Origin: Acidobacteriota bacterium
GTDB lineage: Bacteria; Acidobacteriota; Vicinamibacteria; Vicinamibacterales; CAVVIG01
Length of the DNA: 64,000 nt
NCBI GenBank assembly: GCA_040007095.1
Contig: JBDTVS010000058.1
Location: 15,719 to 79,718 of the forward strand
Direction: 5' to 3'
The notes under the pieces are model-generated. The model saw only the letters and a program-made list of their open reading frames with translations. It did no database searches and had not been told where the DNA came from. Below, in pieces: positions 61,715 to 64,000 of this stretch. The position numbers and the translations under genes were made by a program. Position 1 is the stretch's first letter, and each line of letters starts with the position of its first letter.

Positions 61715-62734
61715 CTAGGCGTGAACGCCCGAACCACGCGGAATCGCCAACATGAATAGCTGATCCGGTGCATTAGGGGCAGTCGCTATCGCTTGCATCT
61801 CAGGCTCACCCGCCAAGAGTTCAATGGCACCGTCAAACGCGTTCCATGATTTCCATAAGCGACTAGCCCACCGAGCGAGACGGGATTGTGCCCGTGTTCC
61901 GCGATTCATGTCCCAGAACTTCATTTCATACATTGGACGCAGAAGATCACACACCTCCGCTAATGTGTGCCCGTACGTCCCGATAAATCGTGGGTGTAGT
62001 TCCACAAACAAAAGCGGCCGTTCACGTTCTATTGTCTCTAGGGCACCACTCAAAATATCGTACTCGAAACCTTCGCAATCGATCTTAATGAGGCCGACCA
62101 TACGTCGTCCTTTGAGCTCGTCGTCCAGTCGAACGACCGGGACAGTGATAGTTGGACGGCAGTCGTCGTCCACTTCCCTCGATTCCCGCGCACCTACAAC
62201 AATACTTCCATTCAAGGACACGTGGAACGCCAACTCACTGGAACTGGAGCCACAAGCGACATTCCGTGTCTCGACGTTCCCCATGCGATTGTTTCTCACA
62301 TTGCGTGATAGAAGGTCATAGATTTCTGGATTTGGCTCGAAGGCGAGTATCGACGCACGCGAGACACTGCGAAAGTCAGCCACATACGCACCCATGTTGG
62401 CCCCGACGTCGACGATCAACGAGTTCGATTCCCTTGGGCACACGTCCGACACAATATGGAAGAACTCTGGATTCTGACGATGCGGTCCGTTGAGTATTGG
62501 TGCAGACGCTGAGGAAGCCTGGCTCAGCCACGAAGCTGGAATACTCAGAAACAAGCCTTTTCCCCAGGGAACCTCGATCGATTCTGCTTGCCTAAAGAGA
62601 AAGAACAGGAGCGGATTGTACCTGTGTCCAAGTGGGAGAAGCCGATTGAGATATCTCACTGCGGACACCTTTGCAGCACGCCACTTGCTACGTGTGATCA
62701 CCATCGCTCTCCGTCGCCACGTCCGTGAGGACAA
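61715..62734 (-). CDS. FkbM-family methyltransferase
   Basis: 339 aa. 'LIVDVGANMGAY', 'ILAFEP.PE.Y..L..N' and 'LIKIDCEGFEYDIL.G' are FkbM motifs. Confidence 0.85.
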   Translation of the reverse strand: MSSRTWRRRAMVITRSKWRAAKVSAVRYLNRLLPLGHRYNPLLFFLFRQAESIEVPWGKGLFLSIPASWLSQASSASAPILNGPHRQNPEFFHIVSDVCPRESNSLIVDVGANMGAYVADFRSVSRASILAFEPNPEIYDLLSRNVRNNRMGNVETRNVACGSSSSELAFHVSLNGSIVVGARESREVDDDCRPTITVPVVRLDDELKGRRMVGLIKIDCEGFEYDILSGALETIERERPLLFVELHPRFIGTYGHTLAEVCDLLRPMYEMKFWDMNRGTRAQSRLARWASRLWKSWNAFDGAIELLAGEPEMQAIATAPNAPDQLFMLAIPRGSGVHA

Positions 62735-62752
62735 TGCTGGTACAGCATGACG

Positions 62753-63553
62753 CTACGGTTTCAAGAAATGAATAATCGGATCCCTATGATTCGTACCCAC
62801 ATCCGGATCGACGATTTCGTAGCCAGTTGCGATGAGCATGCTGCAGGTCCTTTCTGTTCCCGCGTTATAGAACCTGCCCGGCCTCGGCTCTTCGTCTTTG
62901 TCGGCAGCCAGTGGTAACCAAGGCTCAGCGAATACTTTGCTTTCTAGTAGTTGGACTAACCACTTCACAGGAAGGAATCGTCGACCTGACCTAGGTACGA
63001 GGAATTGCGAAATACTCAAGGACTCTTGCATTGCGACGGCGGCGTTGTATTTCTCGTAATCGGCAACCATCCAGAAGCAATGGCTTCCTTTTCTTAGCTT
63101 GGAATAAATACTGGCCGCGTATTGAGTGATTCCACCAAACGAAAGGTGGCACAAACAGCCAAATGAGAACATGTAATTGAAAAAATCATTGGGCAACATT
63201 TCGCACTTGAGATCGTCGACCTGAACATACTTCACATTGTGAGGATCGCCGAGGTATTCAAAGAAGTGGTTGTGCTCAGCCGACAAAGCGTCGAGGACCC
63301 AGACCTCTCTCGAGCCAAGGAGCGCCTTTGTCCAGGCTCCTTTCCCAGGGCCAATTTCCAGCGCGACTGTTTCAGGTGTCACGTATGGACGGATGCACCG
63401 CAGATAAGTCGCGTGCAATACGCTCATAAAGTTAAGCGTACCGTAATTGGAGGGGGACATGGGAATCAGGGGGTCGCCCTCGTAGTATCCTCCATGCCAC
63501 AGATTCTGAAAGGACTTCAGCTCAATCGACGATCTATCCTCTGTCAACGTCAC
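62753..63553 (-). CDS. Class I SAM-dependent methyltransferase
   Basis: 266 aa. Motif I 'VALEIGPGKGAWTKAL'. Located in an operon with sugar-modifying enzymes. Confidence 0.7.
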   Translation of the reverse strand: MTLTEDRSSIELKSFQNLWHGGYYEGDPLIPMSPSNYGTLNFMSVLHATYLRCIRPYVTPETVALEIGPGKGAWTKALLGSREVWVLDALSAEHNHFFEYLGDPHNVKYVQVDDLKCEMLPNDFFNYMFSFGCLCHLSFGGITQYAASIYSKLRKGSHCFWMVADYEKYNAAVAMQESLSISQFLVPRSGRRFLPVKWLVQLLESKVFAEPWLPLAADKDEEPRPGRFYNAGTERTCSMLIATGYEIVDPDVGTNHRDPIIHFLKP

Positions 63554-63614
63554 ACTCCCAAAATAGCCGTTAACACATTCTTACTTGAGCGCAGCGCCAC
63601 ACGCCCGCAGCCAT

Positions 63615-64000
63615 TCAGGTCGCATGAGGAGAACGTTGCCGTTCTAGCACTCGCGCCGGCACGCCTGCAATCACCCGGCCGGCCGGGAAGCTTTTAGTGA
63701 CGACGGCGCCCGCTGCCACCACGCAGCCGTCGCCCAACTCGACGTTTCGTAGGATGACCGCTTTCGCTCCTATCCAGCAGCGACTTCCGATTTTAACGTA
63801 ACCTCTCTGCATCGACGCTGCCTTCGGAGCGACTCCGTCGCCAAAACTGTGATCGCTGTCAGTGATGTAGGCGTCTGGCCCAAACAGATTGTCGTCGCCA
63901 ATTTCGATCATCCCGCACGAGTCAATCATCACATTTCTGTTGAAGTAGTTACCGTTACCTATTCGAATACGAACGCCATCGCTGTCGGTATCATCTGGCC
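63615..64000 (-). CDS. Hexapeptide-repeat (LbH) acetyltransferase; 5' end lies beyond the window
   Basis: 'IGSRCWIGAKAVILRNVELGDGCVVAAGAVVTKSFPAGRVIAGVPARV' is the LbH pattern. The reading frame stays open to the window edge. Confidence 0.75.
   Translation of the reverse strand, partial: PDDTDSDGVRIRIGNGNYFNRNVMIDSCGMIEIGDDNLFGPDAYITDSDHSFGDGVAPKAASMQRGYVKIGSRCWIGAKAVILRNVELGDGCVVAAGAVVTKSFPAGRVIAGVPARVLERQRSPHAT

Overview
High-GC bacterial chromosomal segment; the gene content suggests Acidobacteriota, which is an inference. About 55 protein-coding genes can be supported. I found no rRNA, tRNA or CRISPR array. From left to right the window holds: (1) a BlaR1/BlaI-type sensor-repressor pair with a perfect 34-bp operator palindrome. 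(2) A conserved operon of unknown function encoding a transglutaminase, a circularly permuted ATP-grasp/alpha-E protein and a DUF2126 protein. (3) A VapBC pair and a CusF-like gene. (4) A 2275-aa single ORF that fuses a TamB-like protein to a POTRA/Omp85 barrel. (5) Small housekeeping and accessory genes: a DUF360 holin-like protein, DUF5996, zf-UBP, an orphan Flp pilin, a TonB-dependent receptor, a DUF1778/GNAT toxin-antitoxin pair, a DUF4160/DUF2442 pair and a PIN pair. (6) The most interesting part, at about 31.7-42.8 kb: a vWA / PP2C phosphatase / Ser-Thr kinase triad. It sits among membrane proteins that reuse the kinase's C-terminal FHA-like module (five copies in three proteins). The same island holds a duplicated TM anchor, a zinc-ribbon TM peptide, a glycine-zipper protein with a transglutaminase-like Cys motif, and a protein with a Ser/Thr/Pro-rich linker. 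(7) A polysaccharide locus with visibly lower GC (about 43.5-64 kb): CpsB phosphatase, O-antigen-ligase/CBM fusion, GT2/GT4/GT-C enzymes, a WxcM-like bifunctional enzyme, methyltransferases and an acetyltransferase. This locus carries two decayed IS fragments. Two unrelated intergenic repeat families recur through the window. F1 is a long hairpin of about 240 bp with compensatory changes. F2 is an AT-rich, terminator-like element of about 100 bp. Three times they bracket a short segment in the order F1 - cargo - F2. All functional calls rest on motif recognition by eye, not on database searches.
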